Assembly: GCA_963810095.1 (NCBI GenBank)
Contig: CAWEMM010000012.1
Coordinates: 64,001-128,000 of the forward strand
DNA: 64,000 nucleotides
Direction: 5' to 3'
Origin: an uncultured Chloroflexia bacterium
Lineage (GTDB): Bacteria > Chloroflexota > Anaerolineae > CG2-30-64-16
Part shown: in pieces, positions 20,204 to 29,908 of the stretch
How the letters are laid out: every line of letters begins with the position of its first letter
Position numbering within the stretch: position 1 is the stretch's first letter
The notes under the pieces: generated by a model
Databases searched by the model: none
The model's input: the letters and a program-made list of their open reading frames with translations, nothing else
Told to the model about the DNA's origin: nothing
Position numbers and translations under genes: made by a program

Positions 20204-21289
20204 ATGTTCAATTCTAACGGATCACTCGGTCACCGGCTCGTTGTCCTCGTTAGTGTATTGCTCATAGGAGGCCTGCTCATGTCCGGATGCGCCACATCGA
20301 CTCCCGCGCCGGCCGCCGCGCCAGGTTCTGCATCTCAGCCGGCTGCCACCGCGGCACCCGCAGCCACCGCCGCCCCTGTGCCCGCGGCCACCGCTGCGGC
20401 CACCGCTGCGGCCGGCGGCGTCATGCCCCAGGGCAAGGGGCCAGCGGGCGGCATGACGCAGGTGCAGGCGACCCCCGCGTACAAGGATCTCGCCTACGCA
20501 AATGCCTCGCCGACTCAGACGCTCGACATCTACGTGCCTGAAGGCAGCGGTCCGTTCCCGGTCGTCGTCGACATCCACGGCGGCGGCTTCATGATGGGCG
20601 ACAAGGGGATGGCCGCGCTAACCGACCAACTCCTGGCAGCGGGATACGCGGTTGCCAGCATCAACTACCGGCTGAGCGGCGAGGCGTTGGCCCCCGCACA
20701 GATCCAGGATGCGAAGGCTGCAGTCCGCTTTCTCCGGGCAAACGCCGCGCAGTACAAGCTGGACCCCGACCGCATTGCAGCATTCGGCCAATCGGCCGGC
20801 GGTAACCTGGCAGCGCTGCTCGGCACTTCGTGCGGGGTAGACGCGGTCGAAGGCGCGGAGCTGGGCAACACGGGCGTGTCGAGCTGTGTGCAGGCGGTCG
20901 TCGACTGGTTCGGGCCCACCGACTTTCTGCAGATGGACACGCAGTTCGCAGGCACCTCGTGCCCCACGACGCACGACGCCGCAGACTCGCCCGAATCTAA
21001 GCTGGTCGGTGCGCCCATCCAGACCGTACCCGACAAGGTCAAGGTGATGAACCCGATGACGTACGTCGACGGGAACGAACCGCCCTTCCTGATCCAGCGC
21101 GGCTCGGCCGACTGCAACGTGCCGCCTCAGCAGAGCCAACTCTTGTACGATGCGTTGGCGGCCAAGAACGGGCAGGACAAGGCGACGATCACGCTGCTCG
21201 AAGGCGCGGGTCACGGTGGAGCGCAGTTCGAGACGGCAGAGAACGTGAAGCTGGTGGTTGACTTCCTCAATCAGGCGCTGGCCAAGTAG
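20204..21289 (+). CDS. Lipoprotein alpha/beta hydrolase (HSL-type esterase)
   Basis: Lipobox LMSGC, Ala/Pro/Thr linker, HGGGF, GQSAG, D..VP, GAGH. Confidence 0.9.
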   Translation: MFNSNGSLGHRLVVLVSVLLIGGLLMSGCATSTPAPAAAPGSASQPAATAAPAATAAPVPAATAAATAAAGGVMPQGKGPAGGMTQVQATPAYKDLAYANASPTQTLDIYVPEGSGPFPVVVDIHGGGFMMGDKGMAALTDQLLAAGYAVASINYRLSGEALAPAQIQDAKAAVRFLRANAAQYKLDPDRIAAFGQSAGGNLAALLGTSCGVDAVEGAELGNTGVSSCVQAVVDWFGPTDFLQMDTQFAGTSCPTTHDAADSPESKLVGAPIQTVPDKVKVMNPMTYVDGNEPPFLIQRGSADCNVPPQQSQLLYDALAAKNGQDKATITLLEGAGHGGAQFETAENVKLVVDFLNQALAK

Positions 21290-21315
21290 CGACTGCTTCT
21301 GCCGCAACAATGGGT

Positions 21316-21351
21316 GCGCCCCGACGTCTGGTCAGACGCCGGGGCGCTTTT
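21316..21351 (+). terminator. Intrinsic terminator
   Basis: gcgccccgacgtctg-gt-cagacgccggggcgc followed by tttt. Confidence 0.75.
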
Positions 21352-21394
21352 CGTGTGCCAAAGGATTCGCGAGTCCGGGATCGATCGCGACCGG

Positions 21395-22687
21395 TCAGCG
21401 TTTTTCGGCGTTGGGTTCCAGGTAAGGGATGGTCTGCGGGCCCTCGGGCAGCACGCAGATCGTGGCGCCTGGCCCGTAGCGCCGAAGCAGCTCGGTCACG
21501 GTGTCTTCGATGCGGGCCGAGTACTTGAGCAGCGCGGCTTCGATCTCATCCTTGCTCAGGAAATCCGTCCGCACGTACACGTCGGCCTTGAGCTGGATCT
21601 GCGCCTGGATCTGCGCCTGCCACTGGTCCTGCTTCAGGAACCCGGGCCGGCAGATCGTCTGCAGCAACTCGGCCGGGCTCGACGCGCCGCGCAGCAGTTC
21701 TCCGTACAGCCCGTGCTCGGGCAGGCCGTCCGAGCACTCCGCCGCGACGACGATCGCGCCGTCGTCCTTCACGACCAGTGCGGCCGCGCTCATCCCCTTC
21801 ACTGCCTGGTACAGGCTCTGGTCGAGCGGATAGCCGGAGTTGGTCGTGATCACGATATCGAAGGGCCGAGCGACGGGGATCATGGCAGTGCCCCTGACGA
21901 ACGCGCACCCCGCCGCATGTGCCTGCTCGAGCTCGCCGGCAAAGACGCCCGTGATGCGCCTGTCACGGTTGAGGCTGACGTTGAGCAGGAAGAGCCGGCC
22001 TGCCGAGCGCGCCACCTCCAAGATTTCCGCCAGGATCGGGTTTCCCTCCGTGACGCCCCATGTCGCATTGGGGTGCCGGATCATGTTCGCGTCGTGGTTG
22101 CCCAGCACGGTGCGCTGCCCGGCCATCCCCGGCATGATCGCCTTGCCGCCCCCCGAGAAGCCGGCAAACAGGTGCGGCTCGATGAAGCCCGTAAGCACCT
22201 TCAGGTCGCACTCAAGCAGCTCGCGATTGATCCAGATCTCGTGGCCAAAAGTGGAAACGCCGGTGCACGCCTGGGTGGCGGGGCTAAAAGCGTCGTTCTG
22301 CACAATGCGATAGTCGCGCACCAGCTCTTCGCCCAGCAGCCCGATCAGCTCGGCTTCAGTCGTGAAACGGTGCGTGCCGAGCGCCTCGAACAGGGTGATG
22401 TCGTCACGACGGACGCCCGCCGCCCGCAGCGTGTGCAGCACCTGGGGCAAGATGACCTCGTTGGGCGTCGCCCGGGTGATGTCGCTGAAGACGACCCCGA
22501 CACGCATCCCGGGCCGTACCTGCTGAGCCAGCGGCGCCGCGCCAAGGGGCTGCGCCAGGGCGGCCGCAATGGCCGCTCGCTCGTCGGGCAGGCCGGGCAC
22601 AAACAGCGGCTCGACCACGGTAACGTTCGCGTCGTCGGGCAGCTCGAGGGGCAGGCCCGAGCGGCCATAGGCAAGGGTTAGCTGCAT
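21395..22687 (-). CDS. larA: LarA-family nickel-pincer-dependent 2-hydroxyacid racemase/epimerase
   Basis: SDITRATP, ALGTHR, GFIEPHLFAGFSGGGK, NH, GYPLDQSLYQAVKG, DQWQAQ. Confidence 0.9.
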   Translation of the reverse strand: MQLTLAYGRSGLPLELPDDANVTVVEPLFVPGLPDERAAIAAALAQPLGAAPLAQQVRPGMRVGVVFSDITRATPNEVILPQVLHTLRAAGVRRDDITLFEALGTHRFTTEAELIGLLGEELVRDYRIVQNDAFSPATQACTGVSTFGHEIWINRELLECDLKVLTGFIEPHLFAGFSGGGKAIMPGMAGQRTVLGNHDANMIRHPNATWGVTEGNPILAEILEVARSAGRLFLLNVSLNRDRRITGVFAGELEQAHAAGCAFVRGTAMIPVARPFDIVITTNSGYPLDQSLYQAVKGMSAAALVVKDDGAIVVAAECSDGLPEHGLYGELLRGASSPAELLQTICRPGFLKQDQWQAQIQAQIQLKADVYVRTDFLSKDEIEAALLKYSARIEDTVTELLRRYGPGATICVLPEGPQTIPYLEPNAEKR

Positions 22688-23491
22688 GTGAGGTTCCCCA
22701 GGCGCAAGATGGCTTCGAGCACGCCACCGGCAATAGCAAAAGACTTGTCAGAGATCAGGTAGCAGTGTTCGGGCGCCGCCCGCGGGTCGACGTCGCCGAT
22801 CTTCTCGCCTGCATGCACCCGAGCGCCGGGACGCACGAGGCCGCGCAGCACGCCTGACGTCCCTGCACGCACCTCGTGCCCGTCGACGACCGCCACGACC
22901 TGCCCGGCCGCGACCCGGTCGCCGATCGCCGCCCGGCCGTATACCTCGCCCGGCACCGGTGCGCGCAGGATTCGCTCGTCGGTTTTGCCCCCAATGCTGC
23001 CCGGCCGCCCGGTGTCGGGCTCGGCCGCGCCTTCGGTGATCACCCGACCCAGGCAGTGCCCGCGGTTGGTCTCGACGACCGCGTGACAGTCGCGACTGGC
23101 CGTGAACCCGGGCCCAAGTGCAATAACCAGCGGTGCGAGAGCGAGCGAGGTGCCTGTGTTGCGCTTGGCCATGATCGCGTCGACCAGCACGGCGGGCTGC
23201 AGCGCGGCCAGGTTGGCGCCCGCAGGATCGACCAGAACGGGAATTACGCCGCGCTTCAATCGCCAGGCGTGCTGCGGCCGCGTCCTCGACCCGCCGGGCC
23301 GCGATGCCCTCGACCCGCACCTCGCCTTCATAAACGGCCTCGCCGAACGCTACGGTGCGGCGTACCATCAGCGGATGGGGCAGCTCGGTCATGGCGACCG
23401 GAAAACCACAGCGATGCAACCGGGCCGCGACGCCGGTCGCGAGGTCGCCGGCGCCCTTGATCAGGACCAGGGTGTTATTGAAGTTGCTCAT
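22678..23491 (-). CDS. yqeB: YqeB-family selenium-dependent molybdenum hydroxylase system protein; frameshift near 23260
   Basis: KGAGDLATGVA.RL, VRRTVAF, VDAIMAKRN, LGPGF, ETNRGH.LG, KIGDVDPR, ISDKS.AIAGGVLEA. Confidence 0.88.
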
Positions 23492-23541
23492 CGAGGGTCA
23501 TTTTATGCCAGGAATGGGCACAACAGAAAAAGCTCTGCGCC

Positions 23542-24273
23542 CTATGGAGCCTCCCCCGCCCTTGGCGGTTCCGTACCGGGCGCGGGCTGCATCACCTTCT
23601 TCTCCCCCGCCACGGGCGCCGAGTAACACTGGTGGACGAAGATGATCAGCAGCACCCAGGGCAACGTCACCGCGAACGCGGCCAGCACGTCGCTGGGGTA
23701 ATGCACCTCGAGGTAATTCCGGCTCAGGCCAACGAGGACGATCCAGAAGCCTGCCGCCGAATAGATGGGAATGCGCCATTTAGGCGCGACGCGGCGGGCG
23801 AGCAGGTACGCCAGCACGGCATAGAACGCCAGCGCGGCCTGGCTGTGGCCGCTCGGAAAACTGTAGCCGCCGACGTTTTGCAAATGTGGGAAGAGGCTGG
23901 GCCGCGAACGCTCGAAGATCTGCTTGACGATCTGATTGAGGATGGCGACCCCCACCACGGAAACCACGAGCGCGATCCAGTCCTGCCGGTGGTTGCGCCA
24001 CCACAGCACGCCCAGCAGCAGGAGCACCGGCCCAAGCACCAGGGGCGTCGCCGAGTCGGACACGAGGAGCATGAAACGGGTGACACCCGGCGACGCTGCA
24101 CGCGCCAGCGAGGTCAGCACCGCCTGGTCGAAGCCAAAAGCCTGCTTCTCCACGATTTCACGGGCCAGCCCCACGAAGACTGCCAGCCCTAGCGTGGCCA
24201 GCAAAAGACCGATAATCAGCGGCCTGTTCCACTTGATACAGCCGCGCAAGCGCCAGTTCGCCATCCGTGCCAT
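23542..24273 (-). CDS. PAP2-family membrane phosphatase
   Basis: K..FERSRP, SFPSGH, SRNYLEVHYPSDV; start uncertain. Confidence 0.9.
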   Translation of the reverse strand: MARMANWRLRGCIKWNRPLIIGLLLATLGLAVFVGLAREIVEKQAFGFDQAVLTSLARAASPGVTRFMLLVSDSATPLVLGPVLLLLGVLWWRNHRQDWIALVVSVVGVAILNQIVKQIFERSRPSLFPHLQNVGGYSFPSGHSQAALAFYAVLAYLLARRVAPKWRIPIYSAAGFWIVLVGLSRNYLEVHYPSDVLAAFAVTLPWVLLIIFVHQCYSAPVAGEKKVMQPAPGTEPPRAGEAP

Positions 24274-24380
24274 TACAACCTCGTTCGCCCCTGATCCTCA
24301 ACACACCATCTCAACTGGCTCAGTTTGCGCCGCCGGGAACGACCCGTCTATGAGCTACTTTACATGATTCGCACCGCGCC

Positions 24381-24399
24381 TTCACATCTTCTGCACATC
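24381..24399 (+). promoter_or_regulatory. 11-bp-spaced TTCACA/TGCACA boxes upstream of the second BaeRS-like operon
   Basis: ttcacatc 24381, tgcacatc 24392; similar pair at 28220/28231. Confidence 0.5.
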
Positions 24400-24529
24400 C
24401 TTGCGCAACACTCAAGCGTGGGGAATAATGGTTGCCGTAGCCAACACTGAGCTGCAGCACGTTGACACGAAGGAGCGCACTTGGTGCATCCCTGAGTGCC
24501 GTTCTACTGGCTAGCCCCGCGGAGAAGAG

Positions 24530-25219
24530 ATGTCACCCAAGATTCTGGTCGTAGACGACGAAGCGAAGATCGTCAAACTGGTCCGCTCATACCTCGAGCA
24601 GAGCGGGTTCGCGGTGGTGGAAGCGGGCGACGGGCAGACGGCCCTCATCCAGGCCCGCCGCGAGAAGCCCGACCTGGTCGTGCTCGACCTGGGTCTGCCG
24701 GGCTTCGACGGCCTGGAGGTGGCGCGGGTGCTCCGCCGGGAAGGCAACACTCCCATCATTATGCTTACCGCCCGCATCGAGGACACGGACAAGATTGTCG
24801 GGCTCGAACTGGGCGCGGACGACTACGTGACCAAGCCGTTCAATCCGCGCGAGCTGGTCGCGCGGGTCAAAGCCGTTCTTCGCAGGGCAGGCGCCGCGGC
24901 CGAGCCCGCGGCGGCACGCCTGAGCGCGGGCCCATTGGGGCTCGATCTGGCAGGACATGCGGCTACGGTCGACGGGCGCACGCTCGACCTCACACCAACC
25001 GAGTTCGAGCTCCTGGCCGTCTTTCTCCAGAACCCCGGCCGTGCGTTCAGCCGGCTCGAGCTGCTCGACCGCGTGCAAGGCGACGCATACGAAGGCTACG
25101 AGCGGACGATCGACGCGCACGTCAAGAACCTGCGGGCGAAGCTGGGCGACGATCCCCGGAAGCCGCGTTTCATCCAGACGGTCTTTGGCGTAGGCTACAA
25201 GCTGGGGTCCGACCTGTGA
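24530..25219 (+). CDS. OmpR-family response regulator
   Basis: VVDDE, IIMLTARIEDTDKIVGLELGADDYVTKPF, HVKNLRAKL, TVFGVGY. Confidence 0.95.
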   Translation: MSPKILVVDDEAKIVKLVRSYLEQSGFAVVEAGDGQTALIQARREKPDLVVLDLGLPGFDGLEVARVLRREGNTPIIMLTARIEDTDKIVGLELGADDYVTKPFNPRELVARVKAVLRRAGAAAEPAAARLSAGPLGLDLAGHAATVDGRTLDLTPTEFELLAVFLQNPGRAFSRLELLDRVQGDAYEGYERTIDAHVKNLRAKLGDDPRKPRFIQTVFGVGYKLGSDL

Positions 25220-26604
25220 ACCGCCTGTGGGTCAAGCTGACCGCCGCATTTCTGGGGGTGTCGCTGGCCGCGATCGGCCTGGTTGCTGTGATCTCCGTCC
25301 GGGCCACCGACGCTTCGTTCCGGCAGTACGTGGTTGCCTCGGGCATGGGCAACCAGGTCTTGGCGGCCGAAACGCTGGCCGAATACTACATGTCAAACGG
25401 CAGTTGGCGCGGGGTCGAGCAAGTCCTGGAGCAGCTGGGGCCGGGGGGCATGGGCGCTATGATGGGGATGGGCCGCGGGATCGGGGCGGGGGGCCCGAAC
25501 CTTGCGGTGGCAGATCCGGGCGGCCGTGTGCTTGCCAGTCGCACCGGCGAGCTCGTCGGCGAGGTGATGCCGCCTGCGGTGCTGGCCCAGGGCGTCCCGA
25601 TCGTGTCACGGGGCCAAGACGTCGGCACCCTGCTGAACGTGCGCCCTGCATCGGCCGTGCTCGATCCGCAAGCCGAGACTTTCCTAAGCCGCGTACGTAT
25701 GTCGCTTGTGTGGGCCGCCCTCGGCGCGGTGGTCCTGTCGCTGGTCCTCGGGGTGCTCTTGAGCCGGCTGTTGACCGCGCCGCTCGCCCGGCTCACCGGC
25801 GCAGCCCAAGCCATCGCGGGCGGTGACTTATCGCAGCGGGTGGCCGTCCGCTCGGGCGACGAGATCGGCGAGCTCGGCAAAGCATTCAACGAGATGGCCG
25901 AGAGCCTGGACCGGGCTGAAGACCTGCGCAAGAACCTGATCGCCGACATCTCGCACGAGCTCCGCACACCCCTCACGGTCGTCCAGGGCGACCTGCAAGC
26001 CATTCTTGACGGCGTCTACCCGCTCGAGATGGCGCAGGTGTCCAGCCTGTTCGAAGAGACCCGCCTTCTGACGCGGCTGGTCGACGACCTGCACGACCTG
26101 GCGCTGGCCGACGCGGGCCAGCTGCGGATCGAGCGGCTGCCGGTGGACGTGGCCGAGCTGGCGCGGGCCGCGGTGAGCCAGTTCGCGCCCCTGGCCGAGG
26201 CGGCCGCGATCCGCCTCTCCTTCGAGGCACACGGCAGTGCGCCGGTGGATGGCGACGCGGACCGAATATCGCAAGTCCTGCGCAACCTCCTGAGCAACGC
26301 ACTGCGCCACACGCCCGCGGGCGGCCAAGTGACCGTGCGGGTGCGCGCGACGGGCAGCCAGGTCAGAGTGCAAATCGCAGACACCGGCTCGGGCATTTCC
26401 CCCGAAGACCTGCCGCATGTCTTCGACCGGTTCTACCGCGGCGATCGGAGCCGCTCGCGGCAAGGCGGCGGTGCCGGCCTCGGCCTCGCCATCGCGCGCC
26501 AGCTTGTGGCGGCCCACGGGGGCCAGATCAGCGTGGACAGCGAGGCAGGGGTCGGCACTGCGTTCACGGTCGAGTTGCCCCAACTGGCCGAAACTGGGGC
26601 GTGA
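25216..26604 (+). CDS. BaeS-like HAMP sensor kinase with Met/Gly-rich external loop
   Basis: GTG start overlapping RR stop; GMGAMMGMGRG; ADISHELRTPL; FDRFYRGDRSRSR. Confidence 0.93.
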   Translation: MNRLWVKLTAAFLGVSLAAIGLVAVISVRATDASFRQYVVASGMGNQVLAAETLAEYYMSNGSWRGVEQVLEQLGPGGMGAMMGMGRGIGAGGPNLAVADPGGRVLASRTGELVGEVMPPAVLAQGVPIVSRGQDVGTLLNVRPASAVLDPQAETFLSRVRMSLVWAALGAVVLSLVLGVLLSRLLTAPLARLTGAAQAIAGGDLSQRVAVRSGDEIGELGKAFNEMAESLDRAEDLRKNLIADISHELRTPLTVVQGDLQAILDGVYPLEMAQVSSLFEETRLLTRLVDDLHDLALADAGQLRIERLPVDVAELARAAVSQFAPLAEAAAIRLSFEAHGSAPVDGDADRISQVLRNLLSNALRHTPAGGQVTVRVRATGSQVRVQIADTGSGISPEDLPHVFDRFYRGDRSRSRQGGGAGLGLAIARQLVAAHGGQISVDSEAGVGTAFTVELPQLAETGA

Positions 26605-26676
26605 AGTCTGTCACCTTTCGAGCCCTGGCTGCATCAGAAGTCTGAAACGCGAACGCATGAATGCTGGGAGGCTGCG

Positions 26677-27102
26677 ATGGGTACACAAGTGACGGATGCG
26701 ACAACCGAAAGCGCGCTTGGACGGACAGTCCTGCTGCACGCGGAATTCAACACAGCGCTGGAGCGGGTGACGCAGGCGTTGAAGGTCGAAGGTTTTGGCA
26801 TTCTGACCGAGATCGACGTCAAGGAAACGCTGAAGAAGAAGCTGGACGTGGATTTTCGCCCGTACAAGATTCTCGGCGCGTGCAACCCACCGCTCGCGTA
26901 CCGGGCGCTGTCTGTCGCGCCCGAAGTCGGCCTGCTGCTGCCGTGTAATGTGACGGTATCCTACGTCGAAGACGACCTCACCCAGGTGTCGCTGGTCGAT
27001 CCGATCGCGATGCTGGGCGTCGTCCAGTACGCCGAGCTCGAACCCGTGGCTGCCGACGCGGCCGCCCGCCTGGACCGTGTCGCTGCTGCGCTCCGGGCAT
27101 AG
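26677..27102 (+). CDS. DUF302-family protein
   Basis: EGFGILTEIDVKETLKKKL, YKILGACNP, GLLLPCNV. Confidence 0.9.
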   Translation: MGTQVTDATTESALGRTVLLHAEFNTALERVTQALKVEGFGILTEIDVKETLKKKLDVDFRPYKILGACNPPLAYRALSVAPEVGLLLPCNVTVSYVEDDLTQVSLVDPIAMLGVVQYAELEPVAADAAARLDRVAAALRA

Positions 27103-27230
27103 ACCGAGCGCCAGGCGAAAATGATCTCGCCGGTCTCGTACGCCGGCTAAGCTGGCGTACGAGACCGGCCCGCGGACATTTTCACGCTGCGACTCGTTTA
27201 AGTGCAACCAGGAGAATTCGCGAGTCGCGT

Positions 27231-27335
27231 CCTTCGACTGCGGCAGCCGCTGCGCTGGCGCCTCCGCTCAGGATGCTGCGAGCGCAAGGCATCCTGAGCG
27301 GAGGAGCGTCAGGAGCGGCGGAGCGAAGTCGAAGG
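27231..27335. repeat. 105-bp nested inverted-repeat element (REP/MITE-like), copy 1
   Basis: ccttcgact...ctccgctcaggatgc...gcatcctgagcggag...agtcgaagg; second copy at 63585. Confidence 0.8.
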
Positions 27336-27409
27336 GCGATGGCATCAGCAGATTCACTTTGTTGACTTAGAACACCCCTGACACTGAATATTGCGGAGGA
27401 AAAAGACCG

Positions 27410-27619
27410 ATGCCCCTGTACGAATTCCAGTGCACCGACTGCAAGGACGAATTCGAGGAGTTGGTGCGTTCGTCGGCTGCCGTTGCCGAAGTCAAGTGCC
27501 CCCACTGCGGCGGGCAGCACGTCAAGCGAAAAGTCTCGCTGTTTGCGTCGAAGGGTGGCGCCACGAGCATGTCGCTCGGCCCTGCCCCGGCTTCCTCGTG
27601 TTCCACCGGGGGCACCTGA
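27410..27619 (+). CDS. FmdB-family zinc-ribbon protein
   Basis: MPLYEFQCTDC..FEELV...CPHCG; RBS ggagg. Confidence 0.9.
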   Translation: MPLYEFQCTDCKDEFEELVRSSAAVAEVKCPHCGGQHVKRKVSLFASKGGATSMSLGPAPASSCSTGGT

Positions 27620-27661
27620 GGGCTGCGCTGACCAGGCCGGCCGTGCGCCGGCAAACAAAAT

Positions 27662-27714
27662 AAAACCCCCGCTTCTGCTGCCAGCGTGCTGGCGAGAAGC
27701 CGGGGTTTTGTTTT
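27662..27714. terminator. Bidirectional terminator
   Basis: aaaacccccgcttc...gaagccggggtttt between convergent genes. Confidence 0.7.
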
Positions 27715-28114
27715 ACGCCACGACCTTCGTGCTGACCGTCATGTGCGGCGGGTTCTCGATGTGCTTCTTCACTGCGCACTGCTCGGCAGACCGGATCACG
27801 GCCTCCTTGTACTTCTCGGGGAACGACGGCGGCAGCTGGATCTCGAGTTCAATCTTCGAGACCATGCGGGTCGCCGGATCGCTCTCCATCCGCTGAACCA
27901 GGCGGATCCCCTCGGTGGGCAGCCCCCGCTGGCGGCAGAAGCCCAGAACGTAAATCCCGGCGCAGGTGCCCAGCGAGGCCAGGAACAGCGAGAACGGTGC
28001 GGGCGCGGCGCCCTGCCCACCCGCATACGGTGGCTGGTCGGTGACGACGGTGAACTCGCCAAAGTGAGCGTCGACGCGCGCCCCGCCCGGGAAGTCGATA
28101 ACCATTTCGTTCAT
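27713..28114 (-). CDS. OsmC-family protein
   Basis: TDQP..GG...P..LFLASLGTCAG, EQCAVKK. Confidence 0.9.
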   Translation of the reverse strand: MNEMVIDFPGGARVDAHFGEFTVVTDQPPYAGGQGAAPAPFSLFLASLGTCAGIYVLGFCRQRGLPTEGIRLVQRMESDPATRMVSKIELEIQLPPSFPEKYKEAVIRSAEQCAVKKHIENPPHMTVSTKVVA

Positions 28115-28219
28115 GAGGGTCTCCTTGAAGGGATGATTTGATTGCCAACACGGGGTGAGATGCGCGCAAGTTCAGAACGTTACAGATGGCCGTTGTTCGC
28201 ACCGGACACCCACATCTCG

Positions 28220-28251
28220 TTCACAGGTCCTTCACAACCCGGCGGTATGCT
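28220..28251 (+). promoter_or_regulatory. TTCACA box pair plus -10 upstream of Met/Gly-rich secreted protein
   Basis: ttcaca at 28220 and 28231; tatgct 28246. Confidence 0.5.
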
Positions 28252-28301
28252 GTAACCAGCCAACCGAAATGGTTGTGCCACCCAAGACAGAGAGGTTTCA
28301 T

Positions 28302-28850
28302 ATGAAGCGTATCACGGTAATCACCCTTCTTGCAGTCGTGCTCGCCACGCTGCTCGCCTCCACCGCTCTCGCGGCCGGCCCCGTGGGCGGTCGCCTGGCC
28401 CAGGGCACGACTCCGACGACGGGCGCGTGCCCCATGGGCGGAACGGGTATGGCCGGACGCCCTGACTGGGCCGGTCAGCCCGACCAGGTTGCAACGCTGC
28501 TCGGCATGACCGAGGCCCAGATCCAGGCCGAGCGCCAGGCCGGCAAGTCGCTGGCGCAGATCGCCGCGAGCAAGAACGTGTCGGAAGACAAGCTGATCGA
28601 GACGATCCTCGGCGCCAAGAAGACCCTGATTCAGCAGGCCGTGACGGATGGCAAGCTGACCCAGGCGCAGGCCGACACCATGCTGCAGAACATGCAGAGC
28701 ATGGTCAAGACGATGGTCGAGCGCAGCACGACCGGGCCCGCGAGCGGCCGGGGCATGATGGGCGGCCAGGGCACCATGGGCGGTCGCGGCGGCATGGGCG
28801 GCCGGGGCATGATGCGGGGCCAGGGAACGACCCTGGGCAACAACTTCTAG
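28302..28850 (+). CDS. Secreted Met/Gly-rich helical protein (DUF2680-like)
   Basis: Sec signal ending ALA; LGMT..Q...GKSLAQIA; AVTDGKLTQAQAD; GRGMMGG tail. Confidence 0.75.
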   Translation: MKRITVITLLAVVLATLLASTALAAGPVGGRLAQGTTPTTGACPMGGTGMAGRPDWAGQPDQVATLLGMTEAQIQAERQAGKSLAQIAASKNVSEDKLIETILGAKKTLIQQAVTDGKLTQAQADTMLQNMQSMVKTMVERSTTGPASGRGMMGGQGTMGGRGGMGGRGMMRGQGTTLGNNF

Positions 28851-28870
28851 CCGCAGCGGCTGGAACAAAG

Positions 28871-28898
28871 AAGCGGGCGGAGGTGACTCCGCCCGCTT
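28871..28898. terminator. Bidirectional terminator
   Basis: aagcgggcggag-gtga-ctccgcccgctt. Confidence 0.75.
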
Positions 28899-28902
28899 TA
28901 GT

Positions 28903-29307
28903 TTATCCGCCCTCGGTGGGCGCACGCTCCACCAGGTCCCACTTATTGCCGTACAAATCCAGGAAGACTACGACCCACCCATATGCCTCGTGGCGAGGCA
29001 GCTCGACGAAACGCACGCCCGACGCCTTCATGCGCTCGTAGTCGCCCTGAAAATCGCCGGTTTGTAGAAAGAGAAACACCCGGCCGCCCGTTTGGTTGCC
29101 CACGTGCGCGGCCTGCTCGGGGGTGGCGGCGCGGGCCAACAGCAGGGCCGCACCCCCTTTCCCCCGCGGCGCGACCTGCACCCACCGTTTCCCGCCGTCG
29201 AGCGGCGTGTCTTCCACCAGCTCGAAGCCGAGTGCCCCGGTATAGAAAGCAATTGCTTCGTCGTAATCATCGACGAGTAAGGCGACCAATCCCAGCGACT
29301 GAGCCAC
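28903..29307 (-). CDS. VOC/glyoxalase-family protein
   Basis: DYDEAIAFY, LVEDT, KRWV, GNQTGGRVFLFL, FLDLYGNKWDL; RBS aaggagg before GTG. Confidence 0.92.
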   Translation of the reverse strand: MAQSLGLVALLVDDYDEAIAFYTGALGFELVEDTPLDGGKRWVQVAPRGKGGAALLLARAATPEQAAHVGNQTGGRVFLFLQTGDFQGDYERMKASGVRFVELPRHEAYGWVVVFLDLYGNKWDLVERAPTEGG

Positions 29308-29359
29308 GGCTGCCTCCTTACTGCGAGCGCTAACACACACCTGCCAGGTACGCGCCTCG

Positions 29360-29873
29360 TTACGCCGCGCCCATCAGCGGCTCCAGCCACTCGGCGTGTT
29401 CGAGATAATGGCCGTAGGTATTGCCCACGACGAAGGCGCCGAGCGGGTTGTCCTCGCCCGGGCGCCTCGGCTGCTGCAGCCGGTCGAAGGGAAAGCGCGC
29501 AATGGCGTCCACCGCGTCGTCGTGCGAGGCCCAGACCTCGGCCAACACGTCCGCCGGGGCTGCGCCCGCGGTTACGCCGGTATACCATATCGTTGATGCC
29601 CGTCTCGTCCAGGCTGCGCATTTCGGCCTCGCTCACACCCAGCACTTGGTGCTCCGGCTCGTTGCCCAGGTGACTGCGCACGAGCATCTGCTCCCAAAAA
29701 GCCAGGTGCGCCATGTGATCGACGACGGACCAGCCGCCGTTCCCCGGCGCAGCCAACCGGTCTTCGGGCAGGGCCAGCACTTTCTCACGCAGGGCCACCC
29801 ACTCGCGCTCAATCCTCTGCAACAACTCGGCCATGTCCTCGGGCGCATTCGGATACTTCTGTTCCTCACTCAT
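29360..29873 (-). CDS. DinB-like (ClbS/DfsB-type) four-helix protein; frameshift near 29555
   Basis: WSVVDHMAHLAFWE and GNTYGHYLEH in two frames. Confidence 0.8.
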
Positions 29874-29908
29874 ATGTTCCCTCCTGCAACTACTTACGAC
29901 TCTGTGAC

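Noticed and set aside
21395-23491. Selenocysteine read-through or programmed frameshift in yqeB/larA
   Set aside because: No in-frame TGA at a conserved Cys; the yqeB indel looks like the other scattered errors
24496-26604. 702-aa kinase ORF
   Set aside because: The N-terminal part is an off-frame overlap of the regulator; the real start is GTG 25216
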